DNA of 63,987 nt, filler included, from Hyphochytrium catenoides (GCA_900088475.1; 14 parts of 14 records of this genome joined end to end with filler, not necessarily neighbours in it); one strand, 5' to 3'. Shown: positions 12,601-25,388, counted from the whole stretch's first letter. Numbers and translations are program-made. Notes: generated by a model not told the origin, from the sequence alone.

Positions 12601-15600
12601 GAGTTCTTTGACCAGATCTGCCCGCAAAAGTCAGCTTTCGTGCCTCTCCTGTTGATGGCCTACGAGGGCAATGAGAAGGAGCTACTCCTGGCTGTGGACA
12701 AGGTACCTCAAACCTCTATCTTTCTCTTCGGTGACTTCCCTTAGCTTGATTGCATTCATCACTCTAACCGCAGCCCTGTGAATGATAGGTCCTCTCACTT
12801 TAACGTTATCTGTGTCCTTGAGACTGATCTTTGGCTCCCATTTCTTTAGCTATACGGACGCAGGTTCTCTTCTGATGAAGCGTGGATCTCTTGCCTTCCC
12901 TCACCTGAAGGCTTTCCAACGACATCTGAGGTTCACATCAACGAGTGGGAGACAGTGGAAGGCTGGCTCGCAATCAATGACACCACCTTTGCACTCTCAA
13001 ATGTCACCAATGTATTCGCGAACATAATGGGTTCTGCACGCTTCTTCTGTGCACTCAGTGACTTGACCCTGGCTCTTTACCCCTCGGACACAGGTGCGCT
13101 TCCTTCCGTTCGTCTCATTCCACGTTAACGCCCAATGACTCTTGGATTGCGGCTGTTTGACCCATTCCTTCTATTCACTGTTAATTCTGTGCTTGTTTCG
13201 GTGCCTGCTCATAGGCTCGGTTCTTTGCTCTTACTTTTATGCAAGTTGAGCCATGACTGTCTAACCACCCATCGGTCTTATCTTTCTCTACGTGGGGCTT
13301 TTGCCATTTTAACATGCTCTTCACTGTTTGCACCAGACCGGATGAAAGGAGAGCCTGCTTCCTATGAATATAAGATTGACTCATTCTTCCCGGGAAGAGA
13401 CTTGAGAGCAAATAACTTCGAAATCCACACCATGGAGAAGAAGTCTTTCTCTTGTCAGACAAAGGAGTCGAAGTCCATTGGAATATGGAGAAAAGCTCTC
13501 TCTCGGGCTTGTGACAGGCAGCTGGTCAAGGACTTGGAGCTCTTGTCCACCAGAGAAGTAAGTGACAAGCGCTTGCGCTCATTAGGCCGAACCCTTTCCC
13601 TCATTTAACTGCTTTATCTGCCTTGACGGTGTTTACTGGCCACGTATCTGTCACTCACACTAATGTTCCCCTAGTTCGTGCAAGCGCCTCCTCTTGAACC
13701 TCTAAAGGATGCTTGCATTGAGGGATACCTCCGAGCAGCTTCGAAGTTCAGCAACAATGAGGAGGTAAGGAGAGAACGAGGACTGGAGACTACCTGGGAA
13801 GAGCTATCTCCAGCCCTGTCTTTCATTAGTTACCTGCGTTCTCACTTCTCCCTAACCCATGACAGAAATTCTTCACTTTGATGGGCTCCGAGCTTTATTG
13901 CTATGATAACAGGGCTTGTGCGCTAGCGGGCGCCAGCCCGACCCAGATCTGGCAGATAAAGCACTTGGTCAAGCGGAGCAAGGTGAGGGTAGTAGGACTC
14001 TTGTCCTCGCGTCAGATCCTTAGTGTGTTGAATAGTGAGCGCCTTTCCAGAACCAGTTCTGAGCAGCACCCTTCTTTGGCAGTCAGTCAAGCTCCTGCTC
14101 TCGACGAAGCGCTTCTCCTTTGACATGAACCTCAAGAACGCCACGAAGCGCTTCAGTCTCTCTTTCAGTCTTAAACTTTATCATACTCTGGCGCCCATCA
14201 GACACATTTTCAGTTTTTTGTCGCGTCGTCTTCTTATGTCTCCTAGCTGCATTCTATTCTCCGATTACCCTCGGTGTGATAATAACTACTTCGCTTTGCT
14301 AGGATATGGAAGCAATGCCCACCGCCTTCTGGGTAGCGGCGGAGAACGAGGTAAGAATGGGCTAGACTAAGCGTTTTGTCTCTTTAGTAGGTCTCTCTGT
14401 TGCTAACGGAGCCAAAGCATCAATCTTTTGAAGAACCCGTCAGGATGTCTTACGCACCCTACTTCTCAGGAACTGCACTTCAACACCGCGCTACCGGTGG
14501 AGAAGGAAGCATGGACAAGGAAGATCGATGAAGCTTCTGACATTGCGTTTGGACTTAATCTCTTGGAGGAGAGCATAAGAGAACCGGTGCGCTGTGGGCC
14601 TCCCTTCTTCTTCTGCGTTGTCCAAGAAGTGCAGCTCTTCTCTTTGGGTCTCTGCTTCCGATATCTCTCTCTTTCTCTCGGTTTTTCTCTTTGTTTCAAG
14701 CCCTGAGCTTATCTCATGTGGTCCAATCTGTCCTCAACACTCTGAGCAGTCCGTGCCTATGGACATGAAAATTGAAAACTCGACGATGGAAGGCTTCCTT
14801 ACCCTGCGACGGAATGACCTCGGATTTACCAAGGAGATGTAATGACCCTTGCGGAACTAGTTGTACTCTTATCTCCGTTCTTTTCCGACCTTTGGGCTTA
14901 TTCGTCTTTGCAAGCCTTCTTAAAGGCTCTTTCCTTGTCTCACTTCTGTATCCCTTCCATCAAACTCTTATGTTAGCTGGTGCCTTGTAGATTTGAGTCT
15001 GTCATCCTCGCCCTCTCTCTTTCTTATCCTCTTGGCGCCATAGGTACTGCGTGCTGAGACGCACAGCTCTTACCTGGTACGCCTCGCGGGCGGATGCTGT
15101 CAGTGGGGAGCAGCCTGTTGGAAGAATCGAAATTCTCGGCATTGCGGACTGGGATGGGACTTCTCTTCCGGGCTTCAGACTCGACGGCATGAACTTGCAG
15201 GTAAGAGGGACCAGGTGCTCGTCCTTTCTCGCCCGTTCGGCTTACAGTCAATTCTGCATAGGCTCTCTTTTGCTCCACAGGGTCTGTGCAGGACAAGAAC
15301 CGGTGGAAGACAGCCATAGAGACAGAGATTCGGGCAAGGAAGGGAGAGAGTCTCATGAAACGAGATGTGGACCTCAAGACAGCAGAGAAAAAATCAGGTC
15401 AGGCCACGACAGGCTGTGCAGGATACTCTTTGAGCCTTTTATTGGTACTCCTTTTTCTCTCCCTCTTCCTCTCTACTTCCATACTGTTCTCCTTCTCAAG
15501 CACGCCTTAAACACGCGCCACTGCTCGTCTCTATTGCTGTTATTTTGTTCATTTCAAGTTTCATCTTCACGCTTCTCATTGGCAATCCACAGATCAAACT

Positions 15601-17839
15601 GTCCGGGGTTCCAGTCTCGAGGGATATCTGAAGCGCATCAATGAGTACGTTCCCGGGGTCATTACGTCTCAGACAGAGTTCTACTGTGTGCTGCTGGGCC
15701 ATAGAGTGCTGCTTTTCAAGAGCGAGATGTCCGCCAGGAATGAGGAGCCACCGGTGGAGGAAGTTGAGATAACAAGGTAAGCGAAGCTCAGCAGCATGGA
15801 GAGTTCAGGAAGATATGAGACAGAAGGGAGAGAGAGAGAGAAGCGGGAAGATGGGGAGAGGCCGGGGAAGCAATGTTCACAAGAAGGATTCCTTTAGATT
15901 GCTTCTACTTTGACTTCCTCTGCGCTTTCGCGGCTCCGGCCTATGCGCAAGCTTACGATTCTGCTCCTCCAGCAGTTTTAAGATTTAGATTTCTCTTCAA
16001 ACTTAGTCAAAGAGTCTAGCAAGTCATCGTCACAATCTCTCTCAGGCCCTAAGCTTTCTATTACTTTCATTTCTCACTCGGAATGTGAACTCATCCGTAT
16101 TGGTGACCATTGTCCCCAGCTATCGTTCCTGTTGGGAGTTGCTAATAAACTCTGTCTGTCGCAGTGTCTCCAAATGGGAATACAAGGGCAATCAGCTGCT
16201 TGGCCACACAGTGAATCATGGCTTCTCCATTCAGTCTCTTATCCACGGTACCATCGTCTTCAACGCTGGAGACGCCCAGCATCGCGCTGCTTGGATTCAG
16301 AGCATCGAGGATGCGCTGAATCTTAAGCTGGCCCTGGAGGTGATGGATGACAGCAAGAAGACCTACACTAAAGGGAAAAGTAAGGAAGGGATTCCGCAGC
16401 ACCTGCCCCTCCCTACTTCGTCCATTCTCTATGTCTGGCTCTTCTATATTTATTGGATTCACTTCGCTCCTTTGTCTCTCTCTCTTAAATCTTCTGACAG
16501 CCCTTCCCTTGCTATTGCATAGAGCGCTCTTCCAGAACCGAGGAGTGTGAGGGATACTTGAAGATGCGCTCTGGGACGCTTGATCTCGCCATGAGAGAGA
16601 AGTTTTGTCGCTTATCGGGCACCTCTTTAATTTACTATGCCAGCCAGGAAGCGTACAAGGTTGTTGACGACTCTATATATCCACCTGTCTTTCCTTTGGT
16701 TTGAAGTTACCCCTCCTGCTACCTGCTCTCGGGCGCCACACCACCCCTACTGTTCCTTAGTCTACATCGGCCAGTATTTGTATAGCTCATAATGGGTCAT
16801 GATTGTTTTAGGCTGGTGAGGATCCTCAGGGCATAGCCATGGTAGCTGGCTGCAAGGAACTGAAAGGCGATCTGCCGTTGGGTCTGAACGCTCTCAAGTT
16901 AGGAGAAAGAAATGAGAGCTTTGCTTTCGAGGTGTTCACTCTTCAAAAGACTTCCATTCAGTGCTCTGCATACACTCTAGAAGAGAAGAAAAGGTGGATG
17001 GAGGCACTGATAGAATGCACATGTCTCTATCCTGAAGAAAAGGTCATTGCAAGGTAAGCGACAAAGAAACAGGAAAAGCGAAGGCCGAGTCTAGACCTCA
17101 AACCCTCAGCCTGTACTGATTCTCTTTCGCTCTGGTGGTCCGTTCCATCTCACTCCATACAGAGAGTTCAATCTTCTTCCCTTTTTCTAGTTCTCTAATA
17201 TCTGCCCCTATGCACTCTTCTTACCTCTCTTTCACCGAAGAGACATCTGTTCTCTTTGTGGCCTCTCCGCCTTCTTATCTTACGCGCGATGACTCGCACC
17301 TGACGGCCACCTTCTCTATAGAAACTGGGCCCTTCCAAAGGTGGCCGGTGCCGCTATCGAAGGTTTCCTAGAAAATGTAGGAAGTAAGATCCCGACCAAG
17401 GTCCGCATATATTGTGTCCTGCTGGGACCCTCCATGCTTTATTATCAGTCCCAAGAGGAGGCCATAGCAAACGCTGTGCCCCTGGGAGTCACAGAAGTCC
17501 ATTCCGTGGGAGAGTGGGATGGAGGCACAGGGGGCCTGACGTCTCTCGTCGCTGTCGTTGGAGGCCTGGCGTCACAAGACAACGGGTTTAAGGTGAGAGA
17601 TAGCACTATCGTTGTGGGCCTGGGGAGGAAGAGAGGTAGCGCAGAAGCAATAGAGAAGAGAAGACTTCAAAAGAATATCCATGTTAAAGAGACAGGATGT
17701 AGGATGCCGGGACTTGAGCTGACGTTGTGGCGCTTCTGTGCCCTTAGATTGTGGATACAGAAGGGGAGCTCTTCTGCTGCATCGCTTCAAGCGGGGTGGA
17801 GAAAAGGCTCTGGATGGACCAGATCAGGACCCAGGTGGA
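6674..17839 (+). CDS. Large multi-exon protein with >=10 tandem PH domains, 4 helical repeats and an IQ motif (partial at both ends)
   Basis: GT-AG splicing gives repeated PH units (EG[YF/W]L...[RK]Y.VL.G..L.YY...WDG...GF...E...W...I), approx. 6900-7580, 8500-9060, 9925-10500, 11595-12445, 12950-13550, 13710-14550, 14780-15330, 15615-16330, 16545-17020, 17350-17839; IQ motif IQRRTRAWLAQK near 10755-10790. Confidence 0.85.
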
Positions 17840-17939
17840 NNNNNNNNNNNNNNNNNNNNNNNNNNNNNNNNNNNNNNNNNNNNTTAATTAATTAANNNNN
17901 NNNNNNNNNNNNNNNNNNNNNNNNNNNNNNNNNNNNNNN

Positions 17940-19748
17940 GGTCAAGAAGATCTTTGAGGGCAGCGTCCATGGAGAAGCTCACCCTCCCATGGGAGAAATG
18001 GAACCTCTTCACTCTTTCGACAGCCTAGTAGACGCGTCGCCACAAGCCCGTGAAAGCTGGTATAAACTTGGTATTGAGGCTATTGCTAGGGGAGAAGTGG
18101 CATTGAACGTCCTGAGTGGAGGCCAAGGGACGAGGCTGGGCTTCGATGGCCCTAAGGGCATGTATGACATCGGCCTTCCTTCTCACAAGTCTCTCTTCCA
18201 CCTCTTCGGAGAGAGATTGCTTCGTCTCCAACGACTGGCAGAGCAAGTTTCTTCCTCCTCTTCTCCTGTCATTATCCCGTGGTACATCATGACTTCACAG
18301 ATGAATGACGCGATCACTAAGAACTATTTCAAGGAGAAGAACTACTTTGGTCTCTCAGAGGATCAGGTCATCTTCTTCTCGCAAGGCGTTCTTCCTGCTC
18401 TTACCTTGGAAGGAAAGATCATCATGGAGACGGGTAGTAGCGTCTCTCTTGCTTCTGATGGAAATGGAGGTATCTATCCTGCACTAGAGCACTCTGGCGC
18501 TATCAAAGATATGGAAAGAAGAGGCATCAAGTACGTCCACACCTACGCCGTAGATAATGCACTGTGCCGGGTAGCAGGTAAGGTGCCAAGATGAGGACGA
18601 AGAACGACAAGAGTGCTTCTCTCTGGCCTTTTATCATTCTGTCTCTTGGTCTCTGTTAAGTTCTGTTCTATCTAGAGCGGGATCATTCTTGAGAAGAAGC
18701 CCGATTTTCCCTTTCAATCTCTCTATTGCCTCTTGGCAGCCCTTTGTCACTTCCTTCAACTCTGTCTCTTCTGATTCGTTGCCCGTCCACTGCTGGGTCT
18801 TTCACCTCATACAAGCCTTCTGTCTGTTGAACCTCTTTGCTGCTTCCTCCCCGCCCATATATACACTCTCTCTCTCTCTCTCTCTCTCCTACTCATTTCG
18901 TTGTTCTCTCCAGACCCCACGTTCATTGGATACTGCATCTCAAAGGAAGCAGATTGCGGCAACAAGGTGGTTTGGAAGACGTCTCCCAATGAAGCAGTGG
19001 GAGTAGTTGCACGCAGGGGCGGCAAGTTCTGTGTGATCGAGTACAGCGAACTTGACGCGGCCTCTGCAGCAAGGACTGATGCCAATGGGAAGCTCGCGTT
19101 TGGCGCAGGAAACATTTGCAATCACTTCTACACGCTGTAGGTCTTCTTGGGTTTTCCTCCCTTCCTCTTCCGCGGTTACCATCGCTTCCGTCCTTCTTCA
19201 ACTGCCTCGTCCGGTCTCTTTCTCTCTCTACATATAGCCGTTCCTTTATGTGTACGGGTGCCGTCCATCTTACCATTTCTCTAACTCTCTCTTTGGTCTC
19301 GCCGATGCAGCGACTTCTTGCGAGACGTAGTGATCCCGAACATGAATTTGTCCTATCATGTGGCGCATAAGAAGATCCCGACTGCCAACGAGGAAGGAAA
19401 GCCCGTAAAGCCAGAGAAGAACAATGGGATCAAGCTTGAGTGCTTTATCTTTGATGCCTTTCCTATGTCAAAGAACATGGCCGTGCTAGAGGCAAAGAGA
19501 GAGGAAGAGTTTTCTCCCGTCAAAAATGCACCAGGGACACCTGTGGACTCTCCTGACAGTGCCCGCTCTATGGTTTCTGACCTGCATAAGAAGTGGTTCA
19601 CCGCTGCAGGAGGAAGAATTACCGGAGACCACGCTGCTTTGTTTGAGATCAGTCCTCTCCTTTCCTACGGAGGAGAAGGACTAGAGAAAGCAAAGGGCCA
19701 CAAAGTATCTCTTGCTGAACCTGACACTCCTGTCCACTTGGAGTCACT
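17940..19748 (+). CDS. UAP1: UDP-N-acetylglucosamine pyrophosphorylase (partial; exons ~17940-18577, 18914-19136, 19311-19748)
   Basis: LSGGQGTRLGFDGPKG, PWYIMTS, SDGNGG, VDNAL, EYSE, GNICNHF, KLECFIFDAFP, EEFSPVKNA, EISPLLSYGGEGL. Confidence 0.95.
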
Positions 19749-19910
19749 NNNNNNNNNNNNNNNNNNNNNNNNNNNNNNNNNNNNNNNNNNNNTTAATTAA
19801 TTAANNNNNNNNNNNNNNNNNNNNNNNNNNNNNNNNNNNNNNNNNNNNAAAGCTCGAGTGGGGCAAATTATCTTTCATTCATTTGCGTGAAAGGAGCAGC
19901 AAACGGAATG

Positions 19911-20062
19911 GGCGGGAAATGGAGTTTGCGGGGAGAACGGCAACAGCCAGTGGGAGCAGAGGAAACGCTAGATAGTTCTATAAGACTCCCAAGATAGCAG
20001 AAATTGGTGAGACGGTTTTGTAATTCCGTTTGGCGCGCAATGGAGAAACATTTTGGCGGGAA
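19911..20062. promoter_or_regulatory. Cluster of E2F-consensus-like sites
   Basis: GGCGGGAAA (19911-19919), TTTGGCGCGC (20029-20038), TTTTGGCGGGAA (20051-20062) within ~150 nt. Confidence 0.5.
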
Positions 20063-21772
20063 CAATTTAACCTGATTCGGTAACGAAGGGCTACATATGC
20101 CAGAAAAGGGTGACAAAACGAGGCCATATTCGGGATCCATTTTCAATAGTAGCAAACGAGAGATTTCTCCCCTTTCCTTTGGGTACAGTAAGAGGCAAAC
20201 TCCTGTGTCAGCTTTCTTGCAGATAAACCAAGGAGCCGATTGTTGGAATCTGGAGTTTGTTCTTTCCCTTGCCTTCTTGTGCCAACATAGGAAGCGTTAT
20301 AGATTCTAGACTGGAGCAATGGACGCGTGGCAGGTGCTGCAGTGCAGAAGCTCTGCCTAGACTCTAGCAGGCCTCAGATCTCAGGCGACTTCACCACACA
20401 CCCTCTGGTGTATATTCTCACTGCTATTGGTTACTGCCTCGACGCCGGTGATCTCTCAGAAGCTTTTCCTTGTTAATGCTTGCATTTGGAAAGACTCAAT
20501 TGAGATTATTATGCTCAGCGTGTTTCGGATCATGACCAAGCTATGTTTATCATAATGGCAGATATTGGTCAGCAGTGGGTGGGCATTGTGGGCTCCTTAG
20601 ATTTATAGCCTGCCCCACAGCAGCGGTATTGAAGTGCCGTGGGCAATTGCCGTTTTGCCCGGCTAACACCAACTAGGGCTACGAGAAAAAAGCTGACGGA
20701 ACTTTTCCGCGGTCCCTCACCTTGTCCATCTTGAAAGTGGTCTCTCGCCCTCAAAGTAAGTCTCCACGCTTTGTTCACGGTTAAGGTTCGCCACCAGAAA
20801 CACTTAGCTTTTTTGGTCACTTCGATCCAGCCAAGCTCCATGCCTTAATAGGCCTTCTATACCTGTTCTGAGCTCGCAGTCCATATCTGTGAAGCGTGGT
20901 TTCCTTGTATCTTGCCTTCCTGGCGAGTGAGGGGTTCACTCCGGCCTTGTGAATATGTCTGTACCGCAGCGGTACCCTGAAGGTTATTGCTATCTAAGCA
21001 ATCCGTCTTCACTTCTTGCCNNNNNNNNNNNNNNNNNNNNNNNNNNNNNNNNNNNNNNNNNNNNTTAATTAATTAANNNNNNNNNNNNNNNNNNNNNNNN
21101 NNNNNNNNNNNNNNNNNNNNGAGAGTAAGTGAGAGACAAAGACAAATCAGAGCTCAGTGGACGGTGCCTAGACACCGTTCTCCTGGCCTTTAGCTCCCCA
21201 CGGTCTCTCTTCTACCGCCGAGCTTTCACATACCTCTACCTTCGCGTTGACTACTGTCAACGCTTACACCTGTCCCCACCTTAAGGGGCACCCTTTGATT
21301 GTTCCCCGCTGTCGGAGGTGTTAACTTTGGCTGGCCCGTAGCTCTGTCGTATCCCCTGGACGATTGCCCCAGACGTCTCTCTCGGAGTGCAAGTCTTCCT
21401 GACTATTTTGCCCACCAAGAAACCCTACGGAGTAGCATTAGACGCCAGGAAAAATGTGCCTCTGCAGGTCTCACAGCTATTAGAGACAATGTGGCTTTTC
21501 TATCTGCCTGCTTCCATTCAAGCCTCTGTCACTTGACTTGCCAGTTCTGTCCTTGGCAATCTGATGTTTTTTTCAGAACAAGTTCTCAAAAAGCTACTCC
21601 TTTGCCATCATTTACCATCTAAGAGCTCTGTCTATCACAGTCCGAACACTCGACCTCCCGCGCCTACTCTCTCAGACGTCCTTGATCTGTCATATATATC
21701 CGTTAGTCCTCGCACTTTCTGAGATCGAAGAGTTCGAGTTCCATGTCGTCCTCTGAGTGAGCGTTCAAACAG

Positions 21773-23667
21773 GTGGAAACGCGATGGATGTGTGAGGATA
21801 CCGCGGAGTACCTCTCTTCAAACCAGGTTAAGACGTACCAGCAGCTTGGAGATGAGAGAGTCTACATCACCAAGCAGGAAGTCAATGCCATCAAGGAGAT
21901 CGGTGATCCAGGTAAGAAAGAAAGCTTAGAGCAAGGAGGTGGATGTAAAGAAGAACAGGAGAGAGTATTTAAGCTTGCGTGAAGAGAGAAAGGCTTCTCT
22001 GAGTTTGGGCACCCCTGTGGGTCTAACTCTGTCTGCTGTCAGGACTCAAATTGCTGGGATTCTATCCGCTGTTTGCACTAAAGGATTATTATAACCTGCG
22101 TTCTCCATACTTCTTATATCCCGATGAGGTGATGTTCTTCCTCGCTCTCTCTACGTTCCTCTGAGCTCAACTTTGCTTGCTCTCCTCCTTCCTACACCCT
22201 CTCAAATGAGTTGTCTAGCGCTGGGTCCTTGTTTCTTAGCCTTACCCTTCTTCCACTACTAGGACGCGATCAAAGGTAGCACTACTGCCTTTATTGCTTT
22301 GCAACAGAGCATGCTGAAAAGGAAGGTCTTTGCCTTCGCAACTATGATTCCCCGGACGAATACGACGATGAAGCTAGTTGCCCTGCTTCCTCAGGTAGAA
22401 TCTCTTCCTAGAGAATAGGCTCCTACGGCCTGGCCTACGACGTTGGACCCCTTCGTCCTTGAACTGCCAGTATCATGCACTTTCCTTATTTTGATATTGC
22501 CCTTACAATGCCAGGCGGAGATCCGCGATGAGCTTGACAACCAGCGCGAGCCGCCTGGCTTCTATGTCATAACTCTGCCTTGGGCAGATGACATCAGACA
22601 ACTCAATGTCGAGCAGTATGCCACAGGTAACCAGAAGCTAGTGAACCAGGCTATGCCTGTTGCCCACCTACCTACACGCTTCTGTCTTGCTTCTTGGATC
22701 TCTCTGTCCTCGCCTTTGACTCTCAGCAGCCTTACTGGGAACTTAGCAAAGCTAGGCAACATCTCTCTTTACGTCTTCCGTCTCTGGTTTATCACTCTTT
22801 CTTACTTGAGACCATCACTGCTGGTTCTAATGCGTTGTGCATCTTCCTCTTTAGCTGAAGAGGAAGACGTAAATGTTGCATCGAAGATGGTGACCGCCTA
22901 CAAGCTCAAGAAGTTTCAGAGCACCTCCTTTGAGAACCCAGGTACGCTTTGTGTTGGCTTTGTTTGCTACACTCCTTTTTAGTAAATGCCCGGTCTCCAG
23001 TCATCCAGAAGTTTTGGGCGCTGCTGCAGGCGATGGCCTTGGAGGAAGAGGAGATAGACTTTGATGATGAAGAGGGAGATTTGATCAAGCCCAGACCGGA
23101 CGAAGAACTAGGCGCAATCCTTGTAAGCTCTCATATGTTCTCTCACTCTGCCAGCTACCAGCTCCTCCTCTCTCATCTCCCAGGCACCCCATCTCTACTC
23201 CCTCCGTGTCGTGCTTGCCAGATGTTTGATCTGAGGCGACAAGTTGTCCGTCTTGGCTGCTTCTCCAGCTTCCTACAGTGTACACTCCTGACTCTCCTCT
23301 TCCTCACTGATGGGATTCCCTCAATCGTATCTTCGCAGCCCAAAATCGAGAACTTCGTGGCTAGGTTTGGCGGCTTTGAAAAGAAGGATACCAAGAGAAG
23401 GGTGCGCCTTAGTACCGATATCGGTTTTGTTGCTGTGCACCCTTGCATTGCTTTTGTGGTGTCACCCTTTCCTCGAAGTGTTCCCTAGATATTGTGACTC
23501 TAACGTTGTTCGGCCTCACCTCCTAGCGAGAGCCGGCGGTGAAGGATGAAGATGCAGAGGAAGAGCACAAGCCCGGCAGAGGAAGAGGGCGAGGAGCTGG
23601 AAGGGGAAGAGGCAGAGGTGCGAAGGCAGCCGCAAGAGGAAGGGCAAAGAGGGGCCGCAAGTCCTAA
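21773..23667 (+). CDS. KU70: Ku70 (beta-barrel and C-terminal arm; 5' part missing)
   Basis: Spliced exons give GLKLLGF, FLYPDE, KGSTTAFIAL, LVALLPQ, EPPGFYVITLPWADDIR, SFENPVIQKFWALLQAMAL; last exon 23527-23667 ends in TAA. Confidence 0.9.
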
Positions 23668-23999
23668 AAGAGGTCGTGGAAACAGCGCAGGTCGAGAGAC
23701 CACGCCTCACATTGAGCAAGAGGTCTGGCTTAGCCAGAGTAGTAGTACTCAGGGGAAGAAGAAAGAGCGGGCTGTGATGCAGCCCAGACCCACTGACAGA
23801 AGGTGGAGGAGGACCTAACTGTGGCAGAGAGAGTGGCAGAAAGGAAAGGTCACAGCGCAGAGACCATTTGTCGACTTTCACCGTCTTCTGGTCGCAATAA
23901 ATTATAAAACGCCAGGAAAGGACTGGATCTTCTTAACCTTCCCTTCTCTCACTTTTTCTCTCTCCCTCTTTCTCACGGAGTCTGTCTCTTTCCAAATCC

Positions 24000-25388
24000 T
24001 CAGACTATGACACAGTTCTGCTCCTCTGGAGAACTTTCATCCACTCCAGTCACAGCTCCATTCTCTCCTAGTCTTCCTTCTGCTTCCGCACGCGTAGGAG
24101 GAGACCTTGGAGAGGTCTTTTCATTATCAGTTTCTGTCCAAACTGGCCCCAGTCGCCTCTTAGGCGACGGCAGGGCAGCCAACAGAGGCTTTTCCCAGCT
24201 TGTAGTCTGATTGATATGGTCAATGTAGAAGATGCGGCCGTTCTCTGTCAATTGCGCCTCCCACCCAGGAGGAAGAGGCTCCTGCAGAAGAGAAGGAGTT
24301 GCTGGAAGTGTCTCTTTCAGGTCTTCTATGGCTTGACTTCGCTCCTGAGAGACTGCTATTGGAGCCTCAGATACCGCAACTCCCTCCTTTTCGTCCATTG
24401 TCGTCCTATCTGCCACCGGTGCTGAGGACGAAGGAGAAGCCGTTCGGGTCTCGCTGCCGACCGCTGGCTCAGTCTCCAAGCGTTTGGGGTGTGTGTCAGA
24501 GGCACCCAACGCACCTTCAACACGCGGTTCTCGTCCCTTAAGAGACAGAGACGGTCGTCTCTCGCTTCTCAATTCGCTAGAGGCCGTGGGCTCCAGGTGC
24601 TGCACGGGACTGACCGTCTTCGCCGGCCGCTCCTGTGGCTCTAAAGTAGGTGTAGGGAATGAGTGATAGATACCCTTCGATAGAAGCAGGGCCGAAAGAG
24701 ACTGAAGGTGCTGACGTAGCAGCCTGTCTGATTGCCTGAGCCCATCAATCTCCATCTTTAGCGGATCCTGCACCAGTCGCAGGCTCCTGATCTCACGCTC
24801 CTGCAGGAGTGAAGCAAACCATGAGCCATACAGAGAGAAAGGGAGATAAGGAGACTCGTAGATGGGGGTTGGACACGAATGAGAAGCAAGCAAAGGGAGA
24901 TAGGACCGAAAATCTGAAGTGCAGGCAGAAGCAGGAGAATAATTTTTCCCCTCCACGGTTCTATTACCTGCTCCTTTACTCTCTGAGCAAGCTGGTTTGC
25001 CTCCTTAGCCTGCCGCGCCGCCAACTCATTCAACGCCAACTTCTCAGCTCGGAGCTTCTGAAGACTTTGCGTCTGCAGGGCAAGGAGGCGCTGCGCCTCT
25101 TGTGCTTCTCTCTCTGCAGCATACAGCCGAGCCGCAAGATCTGTGCTGGCCCCGTCCATAATCTCCGTCTGCACGTCATGCTCCCGTTCTGTGCTTAGTC
25201 GCTCCGTCGTTGCTGAGACGTCGACTCTCGCTACGGCTGCAGTCCCTTCCTTGGCAGAAGGCCTTGGCGTTTTCTCTAGAGCAGCCAATATATTTATAGT
25301 GCTCTTTGGCTCGGTGCCGCTATCACCGTTTACCTCGTGTACAGCTCTCTCTCCCACATTACCTTCTGTGTAAGGGGCTTTCCGGGGA
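24000..25388 (-). CDS. Coiled-coil + WW-domain protein with C-terminal CaaX (partial; exons 25388-24968 and 24800-24000)
   Basis: PLPPGWEAQLTENGRIFYIDHINQTTSWEKP is a canonical WW domain; ends NCVIV-stop; GT-AG intron 24967-24801 keeps frame. Confidence 0.85.

Noticed and set aside
17840-21120. Operon-like clustering or fusion of the PH gene, UAP1 and Ku70
   Set aside because: Separated by artificial spacers, with gene ends missing at the joins; adjacency is unproven
23546-23818. 90-aa E-rich ORF as a separate gene
   Set aside because: Alternative frame overlapping the Ku70 last exon; splice phase supports the RG-rich frame
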